From contig CAYZNS010000002.1 in the NCBI GenBank assembly GCA_964479945.1, forward strand, positions 13,172 to 77,171: a DNA stretch of 64,000 nucleotides. The letters are read 5' to 3'. This DNA comes from an uncultured Candidatus Saccharibacteria bacterium. Lineage in GTDB: Bacteria; Patescibacteriota; Minisyncoccia; Ryanbacterales; 2-02-FULL-48-12. Below, in pieces: positions 9,308 to 17,917 of this stretch (positions are counted from its first letter, which is position 1; every line of letters begins with the position of its first letter). The position numbers were made by a program, and so were the translations under genes. Below the pieces are notes generated by a model. That model saw nothing but the letters and a program-made list of their open reading frames with translations. It was not told the DNA's origin and did no database searches.

Positions 9308-10363
9308 TTAGAAGGTCGCGGTCGCTGTATAGGTCAAAGTAGTAGTGTAACTCCCAGCTTCTGTGGCGCCGGCAATGTTGGCGATGTAGGAAATGGTGCA
9401 AGTTGTGCTATTGATTCCCGCGGATGCGCTTATCACTGTCTCGCCTGTCACGAACTTAAAGCTGTCGGCAGTGCTATAGCCGGTAGCTGCGGCCGCGACC
9501 GGAGCCGTTCCAGTACATTCCGCTCCCACATTAGGTGTCGCGTTATCTTTCGCATTGATTCCGAACTGTTCTGTTCCCACCGAACTTGCGGCAGCCGTTG
9601 ACATAGCAGTGACTGTATTTCCGCCCGAAGTCAGAGTTGTCCCGGCATAAGTCAAAACCATTCCGCTCGCGGCATTCGTGGCAACAGTAACTGTATGCGT
9701 GCCACTCGTAACAGCCGAAGTAGATAATGTCCCCAAGGCAACAGAATTGGCGCTCAAAGAAAAGGATATGGATTCAGAAACGGTTCCGCTCACCGCGACT
9801 TGATCATCGGTAAGTATCTGAACAAGAATGTCTCCTGTATCCCCAAATGTACCCGATATGGAAATGGTCTTAGATCCCGAAGTAGTCGGGTTGGTGGAAT
9901 TGGTGTTGTTGTAGGTGATAATTACTTTATCGCTAGCGGCAACTGCGGCTGCTCCAACGCCATCGGTCGGGGCGGTTAGGGTAAAGACGCGATTTGCCGT
10001 GCCGGAAAATACCGCGCCCCAAGCGGTCGCGCTTGGCGTTGCGGCAAGCGTTTCCGTGTTTTCCGAACCCGTAGTCGCACCATGGGTGAATGTAACAGAA
10101 CTTATCGCCTTGCTCGTGAAGTCAAAGTCGGTCGGGAAAGTAATGATGATAGTGTCCGTGGAATCAGCCGCGCCAGTCGGTGTAGTGAATTTAATCGTGT
10201 GGCTTGACACTGTACTTACTTTTGAGCTCGACATCGTGTCGGATTTGGCCGTCAAGGCCGCAGCAAGCGCGACCTGCAAAGGCGGCCCTACTAAGATCGC
10301 GAGCATTGCCAGAACTAATCCAAAACTTACTATTGTACTTGTTTTTATCGTAATGCGTTTCAT
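9308..10363 (-). CDS. Ser/Thr/Ala-rich secreted surface protein with WxL/pilin-like C-terminal domain (putative major subunit)
   Basis: Signal peptide; ends EAGSYTTTLTYTATATF; C-terminal ~155 aa strongly similar to those of 10805-13651. Confidence 0.7.
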   Translation of the reverse strand: MKRITIKTSTIVSFGLVLAMLAILVGPPLQVALAAALTAKSDTMSSSKVSTVSSHTIKFTTPTGAADSTDTIIITFPTDFDFTSKAISSVTFTHGATTGSENTETLAATPSATAWGAVFSGTANRVFTLTAPTDGVGAAAVAASDKVIITYNNTNSTNPTTSGSKTISISGTFGDTGDILVQILTDDQVAVSGTVSESISFSLSANSVALGTLSTSAVTSGTHTVTVATNAASGMVLTYAGTTLTSGGNTVTAMSTAAASSVGTEQFGINAKDNATPNVGAECTGTAPVAAAATGYSTADSFKFVTGETVISASAGINSTTCTISYIANIAGATEAGSYTTTLTYTATATF

Positions 10364-10416
10364 AAATTATTAATTTATTTCTTGTCTTTGTTAATTATTT
10401 TCGTTCGACCTTATGA

Positions 10417-10545
10417 TTACGAAAATAAAAATCCAATCAGCCAAAGCCGATTGGACCTAAAATCAAAACTTCTCCAGAATTTATCTGTGTAAGAGAGAGA
10501 GAGAGACGAAACTGCGGAATTAAATTGTATTATATTGGCGTTCAT
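10417..10545 (-). CDS. Leader peptide (uORF) spanning a (TC)n tract and a terminator hairpin
   Basis: MNANIIQFNSAVSSLSLSYTDKFWRSFDFRSNRLWLIGFLFS*, translated by hand. Confidence 0.45.
   Translation of the reverse strand: MNANIIQFNSAVSSLSLSYTDKFWRSFDFRSNRLWLIGFLFS
10422..10455 (-). terminator. Intrinsic terminator in the leader of 9308-10363
   Basis: Minus strand TCCAATCGGC-TTTG-GCTGATTGGA followed by TTTTTATTTT. Confidence 0.65.
10492..10506. repeat. (AG)7A simple sequence repeat
   Basis: AGAGAGAGAGAGAGA read directly. Confidence 0.95.
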
Positions 10546-10558
10546 AGACACTCTTTAA

Positions 10559-10576
10559 TGTAGCTACGTAGCTACA
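10559..10576. promoter_or_regulatory. Perfect 18-bp palindrome, candidate operator next to a minus-strand TATAAT
   Basis: TGTAGCTACGTAGCTACA; TATAAT on the minus strand at 10583-10588. Confidence 0.5.
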
Positions 10577-10804
10577 AATTTATTATATAGCCCCCGCAAA
10601 ACAAAATGATGGATTTTACCTTTTGGCCCTTTGCCATTAAAGTGGCTTAACAAAGGCAAGTTTCCCGTTTACGAGCATACAGAGAAAACGAACATTTTGT
10701 TTTGCGCTTGCTATACCATATTATCAACTTGATAATCCACAACCCGCTTTTAATCAACAACCCTGCGGCAAGCCGCGGGGAAATCCGCTTACGCGTATTA
10801 TACC

Positions 10805-13651
10805 TTAAAAAGTCCCGGTAGCAATATATGTCAAGGTGGTGGTATAACTACCGGCTTCGGTGGGGGCTGCGATATTGGCAATATATGAAATAGTGCAGGT
10901 CGTATCGTTGATTGAACCGCTCGAACTTACGATTGTCTCTCCTGACACGAATTTAAAGTTGTCAACGGTGCTGTAGCCGGTCGCGGCGGCAGCGACTGGT
11001 GAAGTGCCAGAACATTCCGCACCCACATTCGGTGTCGCATTATCTTTCGCGTTGATTCCGAACTGCTCTGTGCCGACAGAACTTGCGGCGGCGGTTGACA
11101 TGGCGGTAATGGTATTGCCGCTCGAGGTTAGTGTAGAACCAGAGTAGGTAACAACTACTCCATTGGCGGCATTCGTCCCGACGGTGATGGTATGAGAACC
11201 AGTGCTCACGGCGCTGCTTGACAATGTTCCAAGATTTATAGAATTTGCCCCTAAGCTGAAAGTAAGGGTTGGCCCGGCACCTCCGCCAGCGAGTGTAACT
11301 TGCGCGATAACATCGGCAGAGTTCAAAGCCGTGCCGGCGTTCGTCACCCTGAAACAATACACGCCGCCGTCCGTAGCGTTTGTATTTGCCTGAAAAACAT
11401 ACTCCACTTCGGTATATTGGTTTTGAGCCAAGGTAATCGCGCCTGATTGGTTAGATGTGCTTTCTACCTGATCGCCGGCCACGAAAGTATATGCTTCGGC
11501 ATTTGTAAGCTGAGCAGTAGTCGGATCGCCATCAACATAAAAACTGCTGCCGCTCAAAGTCATATCAAAATGTTCGGTAGTCGCCGTATCAGGAACCGCA
11601 GCATAACTCTCTCCACTGTATGCAGTGTCGCAGGTGCCACTCTGCGCCGCCCACTCCAAACGATAATTGTAAGCGGAAGCGCTGCCGCCGGTATTGTCCA
11701 CTTGAAAACGGAGTCGGATATTGGTGCTTTTGGCAAGGCCAGTGTGCACCGCATCCTCCGTCTGCGCCCAAGTTGCAGCAGGAACGGTGTAGGTTACCAA
11801 AACATATAAAGTTGAAATTTCTGCTTTGTTGCCGCTTCCCGTAAGCACCAATTCCATAGCATTCATCCGCGTCGTGTTGATGCTCAAGCCGGTAAATTGT
11901 TGTGTTTTTGTCTGGTCGGCCCCAGTAATAGCTTGGGCTGACCCCATCGAATCCGTGACGCCACATTCAACCGCATCACTGGCTATATTTATGCAATATC
12001 CTAAAGTGATGCTTGAATTCGGATTTCCGACATCATCTGCCCCGGCAACCGTGATATCAAGCTGAGTTACCGTCACGCCTGCCGGAAGAGCGTCATTAGC
12101 AAGCGTATAATAATCCGTCGCGGCGGCAAGTAAAAGTTGAGAGGTTTCCAGATCACTTGTCGGTGCGGTTGCCGAAGTATCCGCAGTGTCATCATCCACG
12201 CAATCCCATTCGCTTCCAGCAGTACATCCGCTAACGATGCTGAAACCCACCGCGCCAAAGCCATTGCCGGTCGGATTGAAATAAAGCGTTTGGTTTGTGT
12301 CTCCTTCTGGGCCGTTATCATTTCTCCAACGATAGTGGTCTTGAAACACATTTGGCAGAAGATTAAGGGTTGTCGCGCCGGAAATAGCCACAGCGGTGGC
12401 CGGACTCACCACTCCCGCTGAAACTGTCACCTCCGTGGATGGGTCGGTAATTTCAATCTCAAAAGTATCGGCATTAGGCGCACCGGACGCAACATTTAAT
12501 TGAACATAAACGCATATTTGGGAAGTGCCGACTACCATTGCGCTGTCGCCCGTTATCGCGGCTTTTTCCGAAGCGTTAAAACCAACGCCTGTGGCGTTAA
12601 AAGCTGTGGCGTCGCCGGGGATGGAAGCGGAACAACTTGCCTCTGTTTTGTAATATAATTTTACATTGGAAAGGTAGGTCTGAGCGACAAGCGAGGCATC
12701 CGTTTCGCTGATAGTTATGGCGGTAACATTTGCCGTGCCCTCATTTCTGACAAATGTAAAGGCACCTCCCACATACTGGTTAGTTGAAGGAATGTTCATA
12801 TTGGCGGTTTGGGTGCCGGTTGTCCCGACCGTAATCGTTGAAGGAGCGGGTTTGAGCGCCAAGGAAATCGCCCCTTTATATGTAGTGTTTGCCATTGTCA
12901 CAGCCGTTGTTGTGTATGACCCGGCACTTGCTTTCTCGCCCGTTGCCAAACAATGTCCTCCTCCTAGACCTTGTGTGCTGGAGTTATCCGTTCTTTCCTG
13001 TATATTTGCCAGATCCGCGTTCGTCCAGCCGGAACATTCGGTTGTGCTATTAGCGTTCCTGCTTGTCGAAGTTATAAGGACAATCAAGGCGTCGGCTACC
13101 GATGTTGTTGCGCCGGGGATAGTGCCACTCGTGTCATTGGCCGCGCTGTCGTTTCCGCCTGCACCCGTGTCCCACGGATCACCGGAGGTTATTACTCCAG
13201 TAAAACAATGTATCTGACCTTCTGTGTTATTGATAGAATCCGCGACTACCGGCGCGGAGTCGCCGCCGACAGTGCGCTTCCAATACAATGCCAACATGGA
13301 AGCCGGATCCGTAGCAGCCGTGCCGGCACCTTGCGGAGACCATGTAGGAACTTCAACAAACCCATTTGCTGTGGTCAGTGTAATCGCTTGGTTTTCCGAT
13401 GACACAGCCAGCAGACAGACATCGTTAGCTGCCATGTCCGCGGGATATGGCGGTGTTATCGCACCGGTTCCTGCCGTAAAAGTGCCGGAATTCCGATATC
13501 CTGGCAACGCCGCCAGCGCTTTCTGAATCCCCGGCGGAAAATTAAAAATTTGAGGAAATCCCGAAAAAATCCAAGAGAAAACTAAAACTGTTACCAGAAA
13601 GAATCTGGAAATTTTCAAAACCACGCTTTTTGGAGGCAAAAACTCTTTCAT
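10805..13651 (-). CDS. Large secreted adhesin-like protein with the same WxL/pilin-like C-terminal domain
   Basis: Signal peptide; multiple beta-rich Cys-containing domains; QDHYRWRNDNG and NIRLRFQVDN motifs; ends EAGSYTTTLTYIATGTF. Confidence 0.75.
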   Translation of the reverse strand: MKEFLPPKSVVLKISRFFLVTVLVFSWIFSGFPQIFNFPPGIQKALAALPGYRNSGTFTAGTGAITPPYPADMAANDVCLLAVSSENQAITLTTANGFVEVPTWSPQGAGTAATDPASMLALYWKRTVGGDSAPVVADSINNTEGQIHCFTGVITSGDPWDTGAGGNDSAANDTSGTIPGATTSVADALIVLITSTSRNANSTTECSGWTNADLANIQERTDNSSTQGLGGGHCLATGEKASAGSYTTTAVTMANTTYKGAISLALKPAPSTITVGTTGTQTANMNIPSTNQYVGGAFTFVRNEGTANVTAITISETDASLVAQTYLSNVKLYYKTEASCSASIPGDATAFNATGVGFNASEKAAITGDSAMVVGTSQICVYVQLNVASGAPNADTFEIEITDPSTEVTVSAGVVSPATAVAISGATTLNLLPNVFQDHYRWRNDNGPEGDTNQTLYFNPTGNGFGAVGFSIVSGCTAGSEWDCVDDDTADTSATAPTSDLETSQLLLAAATDYYTLANDALPAGVTVTQLDITVAGADDVGNPNSSITLGYCINIASDAVECGVTDSMGSAQAITGADQTKTQQFTGLSINTTRMNAMELVLTGSGNKAEISTLYVLVTYTVPAATWAQTEDAVHTGLAKSTNIRLRFQVDNTGGSASAYNYRLEWAAQSGTCDTAYSGESYAAVPDTATTEHFDMTLSGSSFYVDGDPTTAQLTNAEAYTFVAGDQVESTSNQSGAITLAQNQYTEVEYVFQANTNATDGGVYCFRVTNAGTALNSADVIAQVTLAGGGAGPTLTFSLGANSINLGTLSSSAVSTGSHTITVGTNAANGVVVTYSGSTLTSSGNTITAMSTAAASSVGTEQFGINAKDNATPNVGAECSGTSPVAAAATGYSTVDNFKFVSGETIVSSSGSINDTTCTISYIANIAAPTEAGSYTTTLTYIATGTF

Positions 13652-13716
13652 TACCTATATTATACTTCTTATACGAAAATTATTGAAGTTGAGGGAATAA
13701 AAGGTCGTCTTTTTTG

Positions 13717-14151
13717 TCAAAAATCGTCCATAATTCTCAAAACCTCATCGGGATAATTTGGATTGATTATTCCATTGTAATTCCACAACCTCTCGTAGGT
13801 TGTTTTGTTTTTGTAGTAGTCAGCGGTTCTCGGATTGAATCCGCAAAGGTTCGCGCCAACGATTTCAATCGCTTTTTCGACACTCTCAAAATCCGCTCGG
13901 CATGAAGCCCAGCCGAACGGATTATTACCGCACGCTTGTTTTCCGCCGGATGATTCCCGAACCGCAATTGCCGGCAATAATCGCCAGTCCATATCGCACC
14001 GATCAGCGGCTTCCACAAATTCGGTGCCATACCCAGCGAGTGGCATGTCTCGCTCGGCAAAGTAGCGGTCTATTCTCGCCATTCGTTCGTCAGGTATCAC
14101 ACAGGTCGGCTTGGTCTCGAATCGTTCGCCACAGGGGCAACCACGGGGCAA
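13717..14151 (-). CDS. Lysozyme-fold (glucosaminidase/SLT-like) hydrolase, probably 5'-truncated
   Basis: DWRLLPAIAVRESSGGK...NNPFGW motif; TTG start and no signal or TM segment. Confidence 0.6.
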   Translation of the reverse strand: MPRGCPCGERFETKPTCVIPDERMARIDRYFAERDMPLAGYGTEFVEAADRCDMDWRLLPAIAVRESSGGKQACGNNPFGWASCRADFESVEKAIEIVGANLCGFNPRTADYYKNKTTYERLWNYNGIINPNYPDEVLRIMDDF

Positions 14152-14209
14152 CCCGCTAATACAAAACCGCCTTTCGGCGGGTTTTGCATCGCAACGAGCA
14201 TTATTCTCT

Positions 14210-14341
14210 TTATACCATGACTTTGGGGCGTCCCCTTCTCAAGGGTTCAAACTTCAACGAGCCTAAAACCATTTGAAACTTAAGCCCCTCATTCGTGTAC
14301 ATTGCTACAAAGACTTTAAGTTTATTGCGAATTTTTGCCAT
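14210..14341 (-). pseudogene. 5' fragment of an mnmA-like gene fused to foreign sequence
   Basis: MAKIRNKLKVFVAM then unrelated residues where SGGVDS would be expected; TATCAT -10-like box just upstream. Confidence 0.5.
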
Positions 14342-14436
14342 ATGTATTTCGATATGATACCCCTTTTTAGCCGTTCTGTATATCCCGCGCGCATATTTGT
14401 CCGTAAAATAGGCAATTTTTTGCCATTCTACTACTC

Positions 14437-14982
14437 CTATATTTCCTCCAAAACCTGATCGATTTTTCCCTCCATAAGCTCAATTAAGCGGCGGTTGGCG
14501 GTGATGATTTCTTCTTCTTTTTCCGCTTCGGCGGCGAGCTGTTTTTGGATTTCAATTGGCGGAAAAGGGATTTGCAAGTTTTTTACGAACGATAGATTTG
14601 CCATTTTGTATTTGTTATCGCTACCGACAAACCGGTCATGCAGCATACCAAGCGCATAAAATAAAAATTTTGAATCTAAATCCTTTTCATTTATTGGCGA
14701 TAGAGATGCAATGTTCTGATTTGTGCAAAAGTCAAAAGTTACATATCCAGTTTTTCCAATAGTTGCTCCGACAAGAGCAACTATTGCCGTGTTTGCATGA
14801 ATCAACTTTGCCGATGAATTATTTAGACCTTTTTTCGATATGTATGTTTTGGGGTTAGTAATTATCAAATCTTTACATACTTCTGATTTCAACCAAGGTA
14901 CTTCTGGTGGTTCATAGTATTCTTTTATTTTTGTGTCCGGGGTACCACCTGATTTTACTTCGCAAACTTTCCCCAATTCCAC
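14437..14982 (-). CDS. hsdS: Type I RM specificity subunit, second TRD (out-of-frame continuation of the M-S fusion)
   Basis: LGKVCEVKSGGTP, ATIGKT, TNQNIASL, IPFPPIEIQKQ motifs. Confidence 0.85.
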   Translation of the reverse strand: MELGKVCEVKSGGTPDTKIKEYYEPPEVPWLKSEVCKDLIITNPKTYISKKGLNNSSAKLIHANTAIVALVGATIGKTGYVTFDFCTNQNIASLSPINEKDLDSKFLFYALGMLHDRFVGSDNKYKMANLSFVKNLQIPFPPIEIQKQLAAEAEKEEEIITANRRLIELMEGKIDQVLEEI

Positions 14983-15004
14983 CCACTCAACATCTTTTAA
15001 TTTT

Positions 15005-16915
15005 CTAAGCGACTGGCCAAAATAGCGTCTCTCTCTCTAGATTTTTGATAATTTCTTTGGCGTGCTTGATGGAATTTTCCTTCGCCTCAATTTGCTCCAC
15101 GATTTCATTTTGCACGTCTAAAGGCGGGAGTGGGATTTTGATTTCATAAAAATGATCAATGTTCAGATTCTTTTGCGCACCGCCACGGGCACACATAAAA
15201 ATTTCTTCCTGCCGCTGCAATAAAATTTTCCCAACAAAATCCTTGCTCAACTTATCTTGATATTCGGATTTAACTGAAAAAGTTCCGCCGGAATCCATAA
15301 GCCAAAATTTTTCAGGCACATATCGCACACAGTGCTCTGCCATGGCAAATCGAGCAATTAAGTAGTCATTTTCTCGATTAAATTTGTCTGTTCTAAAACT
15401 TTCTCCACCGCCGCCATAGACAGGATATTTTGTACCGCGATTTCCATGTTTTGTGATTCTTTCTCCAAAATTTAGCTTGATCAGTTTCCCCAATTCAATC
15501 ATTGGCCACTTTTCATTTTTTACAGCAGCAACGTCTCTGTATCTTTCGCTGGTTAAACTGTATTCACCGCTTTCAGCAATTTTTTCTTTTTTAACCCAAA
15601 GCGCAAGAGTACTTTCTCCCGCCTGCGCCGAAGCTTCGACGGGCAGGTGTTTTTTGCCATTCTTCCACGCGTCTAAAATCGCCAATGTTTCCGGCAGATC
15701 GTTTTTATCAATCTTCCGTCTTTGCGCGCCGAGATCAAAGCCGTCGTTTTCTACCTTTACAAACAAAATCTCATCGCTCTTTTTGGCAAGCTGATTATCA
15801 AAAAAGAGAATACTTGTTTTTACATTCCCTTTGCCGCCGGGTTTGGCAAACACGCCTTGCGGCAAGGAGACGACGGCATACAAGCCATCTTCAACTAACT
15901 TTTTCCGTAATTCTTTATATGCCGAATCATTCCTAAAAATCACTCCTTCCGGCACGATTATACCCGCCCGTCCCTTGATGTTGAGGTGCTCCAAAATATA
16001 ATCAACAAACAACACCTCACTGCGCGTGGCTTGCACGGAAAAACGCTTGTGGGGGCGAATACCGCCCTTTGGCGTCATAAACGGCGGATTGGCGAGGATT
16101 ACGTCAAAGGTATCGTCCCAGCGATCCTCATACGTCAACGTGTCGTACTCGTATATTTTCGGATTGGGGAAATGGTGCAAGTACATATTCACGATGGCGA
16201 TCCGCATCATTCCCGGATCAATGTCGTAACCGACAAAATTACTCATCATTTTTTGCTTTTCTTCCGGTGAAAGGCGTTTTTCCGCGCTCGTCGGCTCGCC
16301 CGATGGGTCTTTGCCGTCGTGCTGGCGTAAAATGTGTTTGTACGCGGAAATCAAAAATCCGGCCGTGCCGCAAGCGGGGTTCAAAATTGTTTCGTTTTTC
16401 TTCGGCGCGACAACTTCAACGATAAAATCAATAATATGGCGCGGCGTGCGAAATTGTCCGGCTTCTCCCGAAGTGCCTATAACATTCAGCAGATATTCAT
16501 AGGCGTCGCCCAAGTCCTCACTGTGGTCAAAAATAAATCCGTCAATTTCTTTCAAAAATAAATTTAATGTTTGAGCGTCGTTATATGGCAATGCCGCACT
16601 CTTAAAAATATCCCTAAAAAGTTGCGGGATGTGTGAATTTTTGGACATATTCGTGATGGCTTGCACATACAGATCAAGCCGCTCGGCTCCAGAAAGCCGT
16701 TTATCCAAAAGTTTGGTCCAGCTGTATTTGGCAAAATCCTCCACAAAATATTGCGCTTTCAACCCGACTCCTTCATTTTCTTTATCCATATCGTCCATAA
16801 ACTTGTAAATCAGCGCAATCGTAATCTGATCAACCTGTAATTGTGGGTTTGGAATTCTCCCAACAAGAATATCGCGCGCCGAGTCAATTTTTCGTTTTGT
16901 GATTTGGTCAAGCAT
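15005..16915 (-). CDS. hsdM: Type I RM N6-methyltransferase fused to the first TRD (M-S fusion)
   Basis: GQFRTPRHI, NPACGTAGFL, ILANPPF, IPLPPLDVQ; ends at a frameshift in an (AG)5 tract. Confidence 0.9.
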   Translation of the reverse strand: MLDQITKRKIDSARDILVGRIPNPQLQVDQITIALIYKFMDDMDKENEGVGLKAQYFVEDFAKYSWTKLLDKRLSGAERLDLYVQAITNMSKNSHIPQLFRDIFKSAALPYNDAQTLNLFLKEIDGFIFDHSEDLGDAYEYLLNVIGTSGEAGQFRTPRHIIDFIVEVVAPKKNETILNPACGTAGFLISAYKHILRQHDGKDPSGEPTSAEKRLSPEEKQKMMSNFVGYDIDPGMMRIAIVNMYLHHFPNPKIYEYDTLTYEDRWDDTFDVILANPPFMTPKGGIRPHKRFSVQATRSEVLFVDYILEHLNIKGRAGIIVPEGVIFRNDSAYKELRKKLVEDGLYAVVSLPQGVFAKPGGKGNVKTSILFFDNQLAKKSDEILFVKVENDGFDLGAQRRKIDKNDLPETLAILDAWKNGKKHLPVEASAQAGESTLALWVKKEKIAESGEYSLTSERYRDVAAVKNEKWPMIELGKLIKLNFGERITKHGNRGTKYPVYGGGGESFRTDKFNRENDYLIARFAMAEHCVRYVPEKFWLMDSGGTFSVKSEYQDKLSKDFVGKILLQRQEEIFMCARGGAQKNLNIDHFYEIKIPLPPLDVQNEIVEQIEAKENSIKHAKEIIKNLERETLFWPVA

Positions 16916-16917
16916 GG

Positions 16918-17913
16918 TTATTTTTTCTTGATGGACTTTGATAGTTTTTTCACTTCCCTGTCAAAATCAGAAATGTGCTTTTTGTCTTGCTTTTTTTTAT
17001 ATTTGGAAAATTCACTTTCCGCTTTTTCATTCGCTTTTTCCGCGCTCACCTTGCCCGCGTTCAGCAAAAGTTTTTTCTCGCTTAATTTTAGAAATTCATC
17101 AAGCTTTACCGCCCATTCGGCCATTTTCATCGGGCGTTCGTTGGTTGCTTGAAGTTCGGCAAAGTCCAAATACAAGGACACAATAAGGTTAAGTTGCTTG
17201 AGTTCTTTTTCAGAAAGATAATTTTTGGCAATTTTTGCGTCTCCGGCAGTAATATAGTTCCCCTTAAAATTTGAGAGTCCCATCATCGGTTTTTTGCTGT
17301 CGGCGCGCAAAGATACTATTTCCGCGGCGGTATATCCGTGCACGGCATAGTGCATTTTGTTTTGTACGGTAGCAAAAAACTTTTTTGTAAGCTCATCGTC
17401 TTTCCGATAGTCAATGCTGGTTGCGTAAATGTCCGTAACTTTTTGATAAAAATTACGCTCGCTACTGCGAATATCGCGGACGCGCTGGAGCAATTCTTCA
17501 AAGTACCGCGCTCGCTCTCCGCCTTGCTTCATCCGCTCATCGTCCAATGCAAAACCCTTAATAATATAATCACGAAGCCGCGCCGTCGCCCAAATACGGA
17601 ATTGAGTAGCTCGTTTTGAATTAACGCGGTAACCCAAAGCAATAATAACGTCCAAATTATAATGTTTTGCATCATATTTTTTCCCATCGTCGGCAGTTAT
17701 TAAGAAATTCTTAATAACTGATTTTTCGCCCAATTCGCCTGTTTCGAAGATATTTTTAAGATGTTGATTGATTGCGGATGTGGTAACCTCGAACAACTCC
17801 GCCATTAATTTTTGAGTAAGCCAAACAGTTTCATCTTGAAAATAAACATTAACCTTTGCTTGGCCGTCTTCGCTTTGATAAATGACGATCTGTGATTGTT
17901 GATTTTTTTTCAT
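16918..17913 (-). CDS. RhuM-family (virulence RhuM) protein
   Basis: ETVWLTQKLMAELF, YNLDVIIALGYRVNSKRATQFRIWAT, IRSSERNFYQKV, AKNYL. Confidence 0.9.
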   Translation of the reverse strand: MKKNQQSQIVIYQSEDGQAKVNVYFQDETVWLTQKLMAELFEVTTSAINQHLKNIFETGELGEKSVIKNFLITADDGKKYDAKHYNLDVIIALGYRVNSKRATQFRIWATARLRDYIIKGFALDDERMKQGGERARYFEELLQRVRDIRSSERNFYQKVTDIYATSIDYRKDDELTKKFFATVQNKMHYAVHGYTAAEIVSLRADSKKPMMGLSNFKGNYITAGDAKIAKNYLSEKELKQLNLIVSLYLDFAELQATNERPMKMAEWAVKLDEFLKLSEKKLLLNAGKVSAEKANEKAESEFSKYKKKQDKKHISDFDREVKKLSKSIKKK

Positions 17914-17917
17914 AGTC

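Noticed and set aside
14140-14195. c-di-GMP-I riboswitch (GATGCAAAACC...AGCGGGTTGCC on the minus strand)
   Set aside because: The 5' GGCAAACC-GAAA arm is missing; a simple hairpin explains it.
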